From Bdellovibrionia bacterium (lineage in GTDB: Bacteria; Bdellovibrionota; UBA1018): 18,965 nucleotides of DNA. Below the pieces are notes generated by a model. The model worked only from the letters and a program-made list of their open reading frames with translations, did not search any database and was not told the origin of the DNA. The translations under genes were made by a program, and so were the position numbers. Location: assembly GCA_049424145.1 (NCBI GenBank), contig JBMSSC010000043.1, positions 1 to 18,965 on the forward strand, read 5' to 3'. This document shows, piece by piece, positions 1 through 8,041 of this stretch (position 1 is the first letter of the stretch; each line of letters opens with the position of its first letter).

Positions 1-1467
1 TATCACGATATTGTCCGAAAAATGCAGCAGACGAATTTACTGGAGACCTTGGCGCGCTTAAAAAAACCCACCGGAGTCGTGGCCAAAGCAGCAGGCCTAG
101 CTGGGGCTCCTTCGGGGGGTGGCGCAGATGTGGGGAGAGAAGGAGGTTCTGGGCCTAATGCCAGAAGCTCGTCTGCGCCCATGGATGCATGGACGGCGAT
201 GAAGCTTAGGATTCATAAAGCGTTAGTTGAGCAGATGGACCTCAAGAAGATGAACGTGGACACCAGTGATCAGAAGCAAAAGGGGATTTTAAGGGAGAAA
301 ACCCAAAAAGCCGTCTTAGATGTTTTGCAGAAAGAAGATACAGCCTCCCTTCTGCCTACTCGTGAGCTGAAGGCTCAGATTTTAAAAGAGATCCTAGATG
401 AGGCCTTAGGGCTCGGTCCTCTGGAGGATCTGCTGGCCGATGATGCCGTCACTGAGATCATGGTCAATGCCCGCGATCAAATTTACATTGAAAAAGCCGG
501 TAAGCCTCAGCTCTCTAAGGTGAATTTCTCTAGCGAATCCCAGATGATGAACGTCATTGAGCGAATCGTGACCCCTTTGGGTCGAAGAGTGGATGAGAAG
601 GTCCCCTATGTGGATGCTCGACTCGCCGATGGCTCGCGTGTTCATGTGATCATTCCGCCGCTTGCCTTAAGAGGGCCTACGATTACCATTAGAAAGTTTC
701 CAAAGAAGCGAGTTGAATATAAGGATCTCGTGGCCTTTGGTTCGATGACCGAGGAGATCGCCGATTTTCTCAGGTGCTGTGTGGAGGCCAAGTTGAATAT
801 TGTCGTCTCCGGGGGAACGGGTTCAGGAAAAACCACCCTATTGAATGTGCTCTCTAACTTCATTCCGGCAACTGAGCGAATCATTACGGTGGAGGACTCA
901 GCTGAGCTTCAGCTGGGTCAAGAGCATGTGGTGAGGCTTGAGGCGCGTCCAAAGAACATTGAGGGTGAAGGGGAAGTGAGTATCCGGGACCTGATCAAAT
1001 GCTGCCTGCGAATGCGTCCTGACCGAATTGTGGTGGGAGAGTGTCGAAGCGGAGAGGCCCTCGATATGCTACAGGCGATGAACACTGGGCATTCAGGTTC
1101 GCTCACCACGCTGCATGCCAATAATCCGCGCGAATGCATTGCGAGATTGGAGACTCTGGTGATGATGGCAGGTCTGGGGCTACCTGCAAAGGCGATTAAA
1201 GAAAATATCGCCTCTGCAGTCGGTTTGATTATTCAGCAAACCCGTCTCAGTGATGGCTCAAGGAAAGTCACTTACATTACAGAAGTGGTTGGGATGCAGG
1301 GTGAGGTCGTGAGTTTACAAGACATCTTTGTTTACAAACAAGAGGGCCTCGATAAGAAGAGAAAAATCATCGGTCGCTTTGTGCCAACTGGATTTATCCC
1401 GAAGTTCGTTGAGGAAATGGAGGCGAAAGGGATGAAGATTTCAAGAGGGCTGTTTGCAGCAAAATAG
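1..1467 (+). CDS. tadA: Tad/Flp pilus assembly ATPase TadA/CpaF, probably 5'-partial
   Basis: Walker A GGTGSGKT, Asp box TVEDSAEL, Walker B RPDRIVVGE, His box MNTGHSGSLTTLHAN, and CpaF-typical GLGPLEDLLADDAVTEIMVN and DARLADGSRV. The frame is open from base 1 (YHDIVRK before ATG 22), so the real start is probably upstream. Confidence 0.95.
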   Translation, partial: YHDIVRKMQQTNLLETLARLKKPTGVVAKAAGLAGAPSGGGADVGREGGSGPNARSSSAPMDAWTAMKLRIHKALVEQMDLKKMNVDTSDQKQKGILREKTQKAVLDVLQKEDTASLLPTRELKAQILKEILDEALGLGPLEDLLADDAVTEIMVNARDQIYIEKAGKPQLSKVNFSSESQMMNVIERIVTPLGRRVDEKVPYVDARLADGSRVHVIIPPLALRGPTITIRKFPKKRVEYKDLVAFGSMTEEIADFLRCCVEAKLNIVVSGGTGSGKTTLLNVLSNFIPATERIITVEDSAELQLGQEHVVRLEARPKNIEGEGEVSIRDLIKCCLRMRPDRIVVGECRSGEALDMLQAMNTGHSGSLTTLHANNPRECIARLETLVMMAGLGLPAKAIKENIASAVGLIIQQTRLSDGSRKVTYITEVVGMQGEVVSLQDIFVYKQEGLDKKRKIIGRFVPTGFIPKFVEEMEAKGMKISRGLFAAK

Positions 1468-1488
1468 CTGAAAGGAGCATGGGAGCCT

Positions 1489-2355
1489 ATGGGGTTGAAG
1501 TACCTGGGACTTTTCCTTCTTGGATTGGCTTTTTTCATCGGAGCCTATGTCTATAGTAATCGTTTCTTGGATTGGCTGCGTTTTCAGTCTCTAGGCACTC
1601 GAGATTACATCGTTGAGCGACTCGGAATGATGTTTATTGAAATTCCTCCTCAGAAGATTCTCCTGGGTCTATTTTTAATGAGCTTTGGGTTTGGTACCGT
1701 GGTGTTTCTGGCCTTCCTGCCTCATCTATTTCCAGGAATCCCTCTGGCCATACTCGCCACAGTGGTTGGGTGGAAGATTCCAAAACCCATTGTCAATTAC
1801 ATGTACAATCGGCGTGTGACGCTTTTTGTGACTCAGATGGTGGATGCGTTATCGTTGATGTCCAATGGAATGAAATCGGGATTATCAATTGTTCAGTCCT
1901 TAGGTTTGGTGACGCAAGAGATGCCAAATCCCATTCAGCAGGAGTTCAATCTTGTTTTAAGTGAGAACCGATTAGGGGTATCGCTTGAGGAGTCCTTTGG
2001 AAATCTAGCTAAGCGAATTAAGAGCGAAGATGTGGAGATGTTTGTCACATCAATCAATATTCTGAAGGAAACCGGAGGAAATCTGGCTGAGACTTTTGAT
2101 ACGATTGTTTTGACGATTCGAGAGAGAATTCGAGTGGAAAATAAAATTGGTGCTCTGACTGCCCAGGGTTACTATCAAGGTGTATTCGTGATGTGTATTC
2201 CGCCTGCATTGGCTCTCATTTTTTCACAAACAGATCCTGATTTTATGAAGCCACTTTTTACCACTCCTTTGGGGTGGGGTCTTATTTTTATTATATTTTT
2301 ACTCGAATTGGTCGGGTTTTTTGTGATTATGAAAATCGTTAAAATTGATGTTTAA
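1489..2355 (+). CDS. tadB: Tad pilus inner-membrane platform protein TadB (T2SS-F family)
   Basis: Several hydrophobic segments; TadB-type motifs DALSLMSNGMKSGLS, ETGGNLAETF and C-terminal KIVKIDV; directly downstream of tadA with GGGAG before the ATG. Confidence 0.92.
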   Translation: MGLKYLGLFLLGLAFFIGAYVYSNRFLDWLRFQSLGTRDYIVERLGMMFIEIPPQKILLGLFLMSFGFGTVVFLAFLPHLFPGIPLAILATVVGWKIPKPIVNYMYNRRVTLFVTQMVDALSLMSNGMKSGLSIVQSLGLVTQEMPNPIQQEFNLVLSENRLGVSLEESFGNLAKRIKSEDVEMFVTSINILKETGGNLAETFDTIVLTIRERIRVENKIGALTAQGYYQGVFVMCIPPALALIFSQTDPDFMKPLFTTPLGWGLIFIIFLLELVGFFVIMKIVKIDV

Positions 2356-2363
2356 AAAAAATC

Positions 2364-2393
2364 TTCACAACTCCCTATTTTATCGCTTATCAT
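2364..2393 (+). promoter_or_regulatory. Possible sigma70-type promoter for the RHS and small-protein genes
   Basis: TTCACA (2364-2369), 18-nt spacer, TATCAT (2388-2393) in the AT-rich gap after tadB. Confidence 0.3.
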
Positions 2394-2447
2394 AAAGTAT
2401 AGAAAAAATTAAGGGTGGCAGTCCGTTTGAATCAGGGGGATAAGAAG

Positions 2448-4130
2448 ATGATCTCGAGAAAATTTTATCAATCGCTGGTGTTAGGAGGGCTAGTCCTTTT
2501 GAGTTCATTGGATCCAGCTTTAGCCAATGTGAGCTTAAAGAACGGAAACTTCTTCATCGGATATACGGATCTTTTTTATTCCAATGGTTTGCAGCCTAAG
2601 ATTGAGCGTGTTTATAACTCGAAAACCCCGTATCGTGGCGCTTTTGGTTGGGGATGGGGTAATGAGTATGAAGTCTATCTCTCCGTTTCAGCCGACGGGA
2701 GCGTTGTGGTTCATGAGTACGGAGGAGGAGCAGAAAATCGATTTCTTCCTCTCTCCATGAGTGAGGCGGAACTGGATCGAGCCGTGGATGAGATTGCCAA
2801 AGTGGCTCAAAGCACGGGCGTGGCAGGAACTGGAGATCAGGTCACTGCCTATCGTAAGAAGCTCAAAAACGATGCCACCTTTAGAAATGACGAGTGGGAG
2901 AAGTTCCGCGCTCAAGGGAAGCTGAAGGTCCGTGAAATCCCGGTGAACACGCAGCTGAAATCCAATCGTTTTAGCTATCAGTACATCACTAAGGTGAAAG
3001 ACGGCTACCTTCGATCCTTTGATTCCGGTAAGACTCAGCGCTTTGATTCCAATGGTCGGCTGATTCAAGTGTCCGACAAGAATGGAAATTTCATAAAGAT
3101 TGTCAACAAGCCTGGTTTTAAACAACTCGTTGACAACTTCAATCATAAGATCGTCCTGAACTACAACAATCGAGGCCTCATCACCGAAGTTCAGGGAATG
3201 AATCAGGCGTCTGCAAAATACACCTATAACAACTTAGATGAGCTCGTGAAGAGCGTGGATGTGGATGGTCATGCCTTCACCTATAAGTATGACTCTCAAG
3301 GAAGGCATAACCTTCTTGAGATTGGCTATTCAGATAATACCAAAATGACCGTGGCCTATTATCCCATGGCTCAATTGGAGAGTGTGAAGAGCGTCAAAGA
3401 CCGAGATGGAACGATCACTGAGTACGAGTATCCCAGTGATTCCTCCGACAAGGAGCGCTACACGGTTCAGTTTAAAGTGAAGGGCACGGATGGAAAAGTG
3501 ATCTCACAGGGTAAGTACGATTACTTTAACAAGCGCAAAGCCGATGGTGAGGAGTGGACTCAGCGGCTGAGAACAGAGATTGATCAAGAGGTGACGGATA
3601 CTGTCTATAATGCAGCTTGTGGTTTGCCCGATTCCATTGAACAGGGAGGAGAGAAGACCTCTTTTAAATATGACTTAAAGTGCCATGTGACTGAAAAGTC
3701 CTCGCCCAAGGAAGTCACTGAGCTGGCATACGACTCGGCAGTGGATAAGGTGTCTTACGTCAAGAAGACCTCGCGTGAGAACCCAAAGCGTGAGCTCTGG
3801 TCGAAGTTTGTCTATGACACGAAGGGAAATCTCGTGAGCGCGAAGAATTCGGAGGGAAAATCCTCCCGCCTCGTGTATGACTCCGAGGGTCGAATTCGGA
3901 CGATCGCAGATGAAGCAGGGCACCAGGTTTCCTTTAAGTACGACGAGAACTCCAAGCCGGTGGAGATCTCTGATCCAAAACTGGGTACCATCACGGTGAC
4001 CTACACCAACTCGGGAGAGATTAAAAAGGTCGATAGCACGGCAGGAAAAGAAGTGGCTGCTCGAGTGACCCAGGAGTTCCAAGAGCTTTTGGATATTATC
4101 CGTCCTGCAGGTGTGAGCTTATCTTTCTAA
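2448..4130 (+). CDS. Secreted YD/RHS-repeat protein (560 aa), Bd0109-like
   Basis: ATG 2448 follows the SD AGGGGGA. Signal peptide ends ...DPALA. N-terminus of the RHS-associated type (KNGNF...ERVYNS...FGWGW). Many YD/YN repeats (YDSQGR, YDTKGNL, YDSEGRI, YDENSK). No PxxxxDPxG cleavage motif or toxin domain. Confidence 0.88.
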   Translation: MISRKFYQSLVLGGLVLLSSLDPALANVSLKNGNFFIGYTDLFYSNGLQPKIERVYNSKTPYRGAFGWGWGNEYEVYLSVSADGSVVVHEYGGGAENRFLPLSMSEAELDRAVDEIAKVAQSTGVAGTGDQVTAYRKKLKNDATFRNDEWEKFRAQGKLKVREIPVNTQLKSNRFSYQYITKVKDGYLRSFDSGKTQRFDSNGRLIQVSDKNGNFIKIVNKPGFKQLVDNFNHKIVLNYNNRGLITEVQGMNQASAKYTYNNLDELVKSVDVDGHAFTYKYDSQGRHNLLEIGYSDNTKMTVAYYPMAQLESVKSVKDRDGTITEYEYPSDSSDKERYTVQFKVKGTDGKVISQGKYDYFNKRKADGEEWTQRLRTEIDQEVTDTVYNAACGLPDSIEQGGEKTSFKYDLKCHVTEKSSPKEVTELAYDSAVDKVSYVKKTSRENPKRELWSKFVYDTKGNLVSAKNSEGKSSRLVYDSEGRIRTIADEAGHQVSFKYDENSKPVEISDPKLGTITVTYTNSGEIKKVDSTAGKEVAARVTQEFQELLDIIRPAGVSLSF

Positions 4131-4156
4131 TAGATGGAGTAAAACAGGAGAACAAG

Positions 4157-4414
4157 ATGAAAAAAGCAAGCTTAAGCAGTGGGATGATTCTGATGGCGTT
4201 GGTCCTTAGCATGGTGAGCGGAGGAACCGTGGTTTTCGCTAAAAGTACGACAACGAGTTCCGTGGGCGAATCCGAAACAAGGACAGGAGAGCACTCCGAC
4301 GGTCCAGCATGCTCCGCTGTGGCCGGGCGTCAGCTGAAGCCTAGCAGTGTTGAGAAGGGTACCACTTCCTCCACCAAGCAGGGTGAAATCGAAAAATCTG
4401 GCGTAGGCCGTTAG
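4157..4414 (+). CDS. Small secreted, probably disordered protein; positional equivalent of Bdellovibrio Bd0108 (hit)
   Basis: SD AGGAG at 4146-4150; signal peptide ending VVFA; 57-aa mature part rich in S/T/G/E/K with no F/W/Y; starts 26 nt after the RHS gene. Confidence 0.75.
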   Translation: MKKASLSSGMILMALVLSMVSGGTVVFAKSTTTSSVGESETRTGEHSDGPACSAVAGRQLKPSSVEKGTTSSTKQGEIEKSGVGR

Positions 4415-4495
4415 TTTTTTCTTCAGCCTGGGGCTTGAAGCTTCAGCAGGCATTCTGTCGTGGACTTTTTGGGGCGATTTTAGGTATCCAGCAAG

Positions 4496-4522
4496 AGGAT
4501 GACTAGGATGACTAGGATGACT
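4496..4522. repeat. Perfect 9-bp tandem repeat (AGGATGACT)x3
   Basis: Copies at 4496, 4505 and 4514. Confidence 0.85.
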
Positions 4523-4546
4523 CTTGTGACAACACCCCGTGAGAAG

Positions 4547-4566
4547 GGCTGGCTCAGGCTGGCTCA
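4547..4566. repeat. 10-bp tandem duplication (GGCTGGCTCA)x2
   Basis: Copies at 4547 and 4557. Confidence 0.7.
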
Positions 4567-4630
4567 GTTAAAAAAGCCCGGTTTTTTTAGAAAGCGGACC
4601 CTTAATTTTTGGAAGGTCTTGGGGCCTTGG

Positions 4631-5248
4631 ATGCACCCGAACTTCAGGCGGAGTTTACCGTGGATCTCAGCTGGGGTGATTTTACTGCTGGGGCAGCCGA
4701 CTTGGGCAAGAACCCCTCCCGCAATGAAACGAGCGATCCAAGAAGTCAGTCGAGCCGTGGAAGCGCTGACGATTCAGGCACCTCGGGACCAGGAAGTCTG
4801 CTTCAGTCCTGACGAGCCCTGCGATCTGAAGTTGATCAAGTTCATTCAAAGTGCACAGAAGTCTTTGGATATCGCCATTTACGATATCAATCTGGATCAA
4901 TTGGTTCACCATGTGATTCTCAAGTCAAAGACCATCCCGGTCCGTGTGATTGCGGACCGCAGGCAATCCAAGGGCGATCATAGTCTGGTTCCACTTTTAA
5001 TTCGCTCGGGGGTGAACCTTCGGTTTGGTAAGCAGCGGGGAATTTTTCACAATAAATTTGCAATCGTGGATGGCCTGATGCTGGAGACAGGAAGCTTTAA
5101 CTACACCAATCACGCGGCCCGCGCCAATAGTGAGAATCAGATCTACTTGCGTCAGCCTGAAATTGTGAACAAGTACCAAGATTTTTTTGAGCGATCCTGG
5201 AATCGAGCCACGCCTGCGGCCTCTGTTTCCTCTCGCCCGTCCCCATGA
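4631..5248 (+). CDS. Single-HKD phospholipase D-family protein, Nuc-like endonuclease, probably exported
   Basis: HNKFAIVD followed by ETGSFNYT...NSEN, plus FSP and SLDIAIY motifs. ATG 4631 gives a signal-peptide-like N-terminus (MHPNFRRSLPWISAGVILLLGQPTWA). The frame is also open from 4499, so the start is uncertain. Confidence 0.85.
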   Translation: MHPNFRRSLPWISAGVILLLGQPTWARTPPAMKRAIQEVSRAVEALTIQAPRDQEVCFSPDEPCDLKLIKFIQSAQKSLDIAIYDINLDQLVHHVILKSKTIPVRVIADRRQSKGDHSLVPLLIRSGVNLRFGKQRGIFHNKFAIVDGLMLETGSFNYTNHAARANSENQIYLRQPEIVNKYQDFFERSWNRATPAASVSSRPSP

Positions 5249-5298
5249 TTGTGTTTGAAGCGGGGGAAGCGTTTGCTTTTTTTTCGGGCTTTCTTTCC

Positions 5299-6906
5299 TT
5301 ACATTCGAAACACCCCAAACTGCGTGGACTCGATGGGAGCCCGGTGAATCGTGCTTAACGCTTGGGCTAAAACTTCTCTTGTTTTCCAGGGCAGTAGGAT
5401 ACCGTCGTCCCAGAGGCGAGCGGTGCTCGTGTAAGGGCTTCCTTCCGCTTCGTATTGCTCTCGGATGGGTTTTTCGATTTTTTCGATCTCACTGGGGCTT
5501 AATTTTTTCCCTGAGCTCTCCCATTGATCCCGTTTGACTTGGGAGAGCACGTTTGCCGCCTGATCTCCACCCATGACTGAGATTCTGGCATTGGGCCACA
5601 TCCAAAGGAATCGGGGTTGGTAAGCCCGACCGCACATTCCATAGTTTCCTGCCCCGAAGCTTCCCCCGACAATCACGGTGAGCTTTGGGACTTTCGCATT
5701 GGCCACGGCGGTGACCATTTTGGCGCCATCGCGTGCGATTCCACCGGACTCATAGCTTTTACCCACCATAAAGCCCGTGATGTTTTGGAGGAAGAGAAGC
5801 GGGATTTTCCTCTGCGCACAAAGTTCAATGAAGTGAGTGGCCTTCAGTGCGCTTTCGCTCAGCAGGATCCCGTTGTTCCCTAAAATTCCAATGGGGTATC
5901 CCCAGATGTGGGCAAACCCACAGACTAACGTTGTTCCATAAAGGGCTTTAAACTCCTGAAAGCGTGAGCCGTCGACGATTCGAGCAATTACTTCGCGAAT
6001 ATCAAAGGGGGTCTTTAAGTTTTCCGGGAGAATCCCGGCCAGCTCATGAGCTGGGTAAAGCGGCTCCTCAATCGGAGCTCGGTGGAGGGGGGGCAGAGGG
6101 CTCGGGTTCAGATGCTGGAGGATGTCTCGAGTGATCTGCAAGGCGTGCTCATCGTTTTGAGCCATGTGATCGGCGACTCCGGAGCTTCGGCAGTGAACGT
6201 CGGCTCCTCCGAGTTCCTCTGCGGTCACGACTTCACCGGTTGCAGCCTTCACTAAGGGAGGGCCCCCTAAAAAGATGGTCCCCTGGTTACGGACAATCAC
6301 AGTTTCCTCGGACATGGCCGGTACATAGGCTCCTCCCGCAGTGCAGGAGCCTAGGACCACTGCAATTTGGGGTATGCCCTGCGAGGACATCTGCGCTTGG
6401 TTGTAAAAGATACGCCCAAAATGATCTCGATCGGGAAACACTTCAGCTTGAAGGGGTAAAAAGGCCCCTCCTGAATCCACTAAGTACACACAAGGGAGTC
6501 GATTCTCTTGAGCAATTTCCTGGGCACGGAGGTGCTTTTTAACCGTCATCGGGAAGTAGGTTCCTCCCTTCACGGTGGCGTCGTTGGCGATGATCATCAC
6601 CTCTCGGCCATGGACCACGCCAATTCCGGTGACAATCCCGGCTGCGGGGGCTGCTTGGTCATAGAGTCCCCAGGCAGCCAGAGCAGAGAGCTCGAGAAAC
6701 TGGGATCCCGGGTCAATTAAGGCTTCAATTCGGCTTCGAACAAAGAGCTTGCCTCGTTTCTCATGGCGCAGTCGGGCGTCAGGACCTCCTCCTTGATGCA
6801 CTTGCTTGAGTCGCTCCTCGAGCTCTTGGGCTAAGGCGTGGTTTTTTTTTGCGTTGGCTTGGAAGAGCGGAGATCCCGGATCAATTGCAGATTTCAGTTG
6901 CGGCAT
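5299..6906 (-). CDS. liuB: 3-methylcrotonyl-CoA carboxylase beta (carboxyltransferase) subunit
   Basis: [43 protein letters not shown]-terminal FGVFRM. SD AGGAAGG precedes ATG 6906 (MPQLKS). Confidence 0.93.
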   Translation of the reverse strand: MPQLKSAIDPGSPLFQANAKKNHALAQELEERLKQVHQGGGPDARLRHEKRGKLFVRSRIEALIDPGSQFLELSALAAWGLYDQAAPAAGIVTGIGVVHGREVMIIANDATVKGGTYFPMTVKKHLRAQEIAQENRLPCVYLVDSGGAFLPLQAEVFPDRDHFGRIFYNQAQMSSQGIPQIAVVLGSCTAGGAYVPAMSEETVIVRNQGTIFLGGPPLVKAATGEVVTAEELGGADVHCRSSGVADHMAQNDEHALQITRDILQHLNPSPLPPLHRAPIEEPLYPAHELAGILPENLKTPFDIREVIARIVDGSRFQEFKALYGTTLVCGFAHIWGYPIGILGNNGILLSESALKATHFIELCAQRKIPLLFLQNITGFMVGKSYESGGIARDGAKMVTAVANAKVPKLTVIVGGSFGAGNYGMCGRAYQPRFLWMWPNARISVMGGDQAANVLSQVKRDQWESSGKKLSPSEIEKIEKPIREQYEAEGSPYTSTARLWDDGILLPWKTREVLAQALSTIHRAPIESTQFGVFRM

Positions 6907-7165
6907 GATGATTTTCCTTCCTACGCTCGGGTTCAGCTCAAGGGAGAGGGATGGGTGAATCGTGACTCTCTTGCGCATGGATCGATTGGAGCGCTTGGAC
7001 TAGGCTTAGTTTTAAATCGGGAAAGCTCGCTTGGGAAGCCCTTGTGTGGAATTCTTTTTTTCTCCTTCCGTCTGAGGTGGGGTAGAATTTCAGGTATTCC
7101 GTTTGTTTTCTGTGGAGACTCGGAGCATATAGGAATGAAAAACCAAACTCAAAACGGGGGTTCCC

Positions 7166-7966
7166 ATGACCAAATCAACTATTGAGCTGACGCAGGATTC
7201 TCGGGGGGTTCTTTTTGTCTGCTTGAATCGGCCCGAGGTCCGCAATGCGTTTAATGAACGGATGATTGAGGAGCTATCGGAGGTGTTCTCCACCCGAGCC
7301 AAATCTCCAGACGTCCGAGTGGTGGTCCTCCGTGGCCAGGGATCTGTATTCTGTGCAGGAGGGGATTTAAACTGGATGAAAAAATCCGTTGAGGTCTCCG
7401 TTCAAGAAAACTTCAAAGACACCCAGAGGCTCACTCAGATGTTTAAGACGATTCAGGAATGTCCCAAGCCTGTGGTGGGAGTGGTTCACAAGGCTGCCAT
7501 TGGAGGGGGCGTGGGATTAGTCAGCGTTTGTGATTGGGTTTTAGCTTCAGCTCAAACGGAGTTCAGTCTGAGCGAAGTGCGGCTGGGCATTGTTCCTGCT
7601 TGCATTGGTCCCTTTGTGATTTCTAAGATTGGGGCCTCTCAAGCACGGGCACTCTTTATTACTGCTCAGCGGTTTTTAGCTCAGCGAGCCTATGAGATTG
7701 GGTTGGTGCATCAGGTGATCCCAGAGGAGGACCAGCTGGATTCAGCCTTGGAGATGCTGTTAAAAACCATGCTTCAATGTGGTCCGCAAGCAATTGAAGT
7801 AGCAAAGAAGTTGGTTTTAGATTTATCCTGGCCCGAGAGGCGAGCGGAGATTACGGATTGCTATGATTATGTCGCTCAGGTGCTGGCTGATCTCAGGGTG
7901 ACGCCTGAGGCGCAGGAAGGAGTTCGGGCATTTTTGGAGAAGCGAAAGCCCCGTTGGCTCGCTTAG
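7166..7966 (+). CDS. liuC: Enoyl-CoA hydratase family protein, probably methylglutaconyl-CoA hydratase
   Basis: LNRPEVRNAFN, FCAGGDLNWM, AIGGGVGLV, SEVRLGIVPA, EGVRAFLEKRKPRW; liu gene context. Confidence 0.88.
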   Translation: MTKSTIELTQDSRGVLFVCLNRPEVRNAFNERMIEELSEVFSTRAKSPDVRVVVLRGQGSVFCAGGDLNWMKKSVEVSVQENFKDTQRLTQMFKTIQECPKPVVGVVHKAAIGGGVGLVSVCDWVLASAQTEFSLSEVRLGIVPACIGPFVISKIGASQARALFITAQRFLAQRAYEIGLVHQVIPEEDQLDSALEMLLKTMLQCGPQAIEVAKKLVLDLSWPERRAEITDCYDYVAQVLADLRVTPEAQEGVRAFLEKRKPRWLA

Positions 7967-8041
7967 GTCTCAGGATAGAAACTCCGGTCAGCAGCAGACT
8001 GCTGAGGCGGAAAATGAGCGATGAAAGAAAGAGAGTGGTTC

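Noticed and set aside
4496..4566. CRISPR or mobile-element repeats
   Set aside because: Units are 9-10 bp with no spacers, and there is no cas or transposase gene.
2448..5248. RHS toxin / immunity / PLD effector cassette of a T6SS
   Set aside because: No RHS cleavage motif, PAAR or VgrG; the Sec signals and Tad context fit the hit locus better.
7988..8005. Hairpin TCAGCAG-CAGA-CTGCTGA between liuC and the biotin carboxylase gene
   Set aside because: A real 7-bp stem but with no U-tail and inside a probable operon; at most an mRNA stability element.
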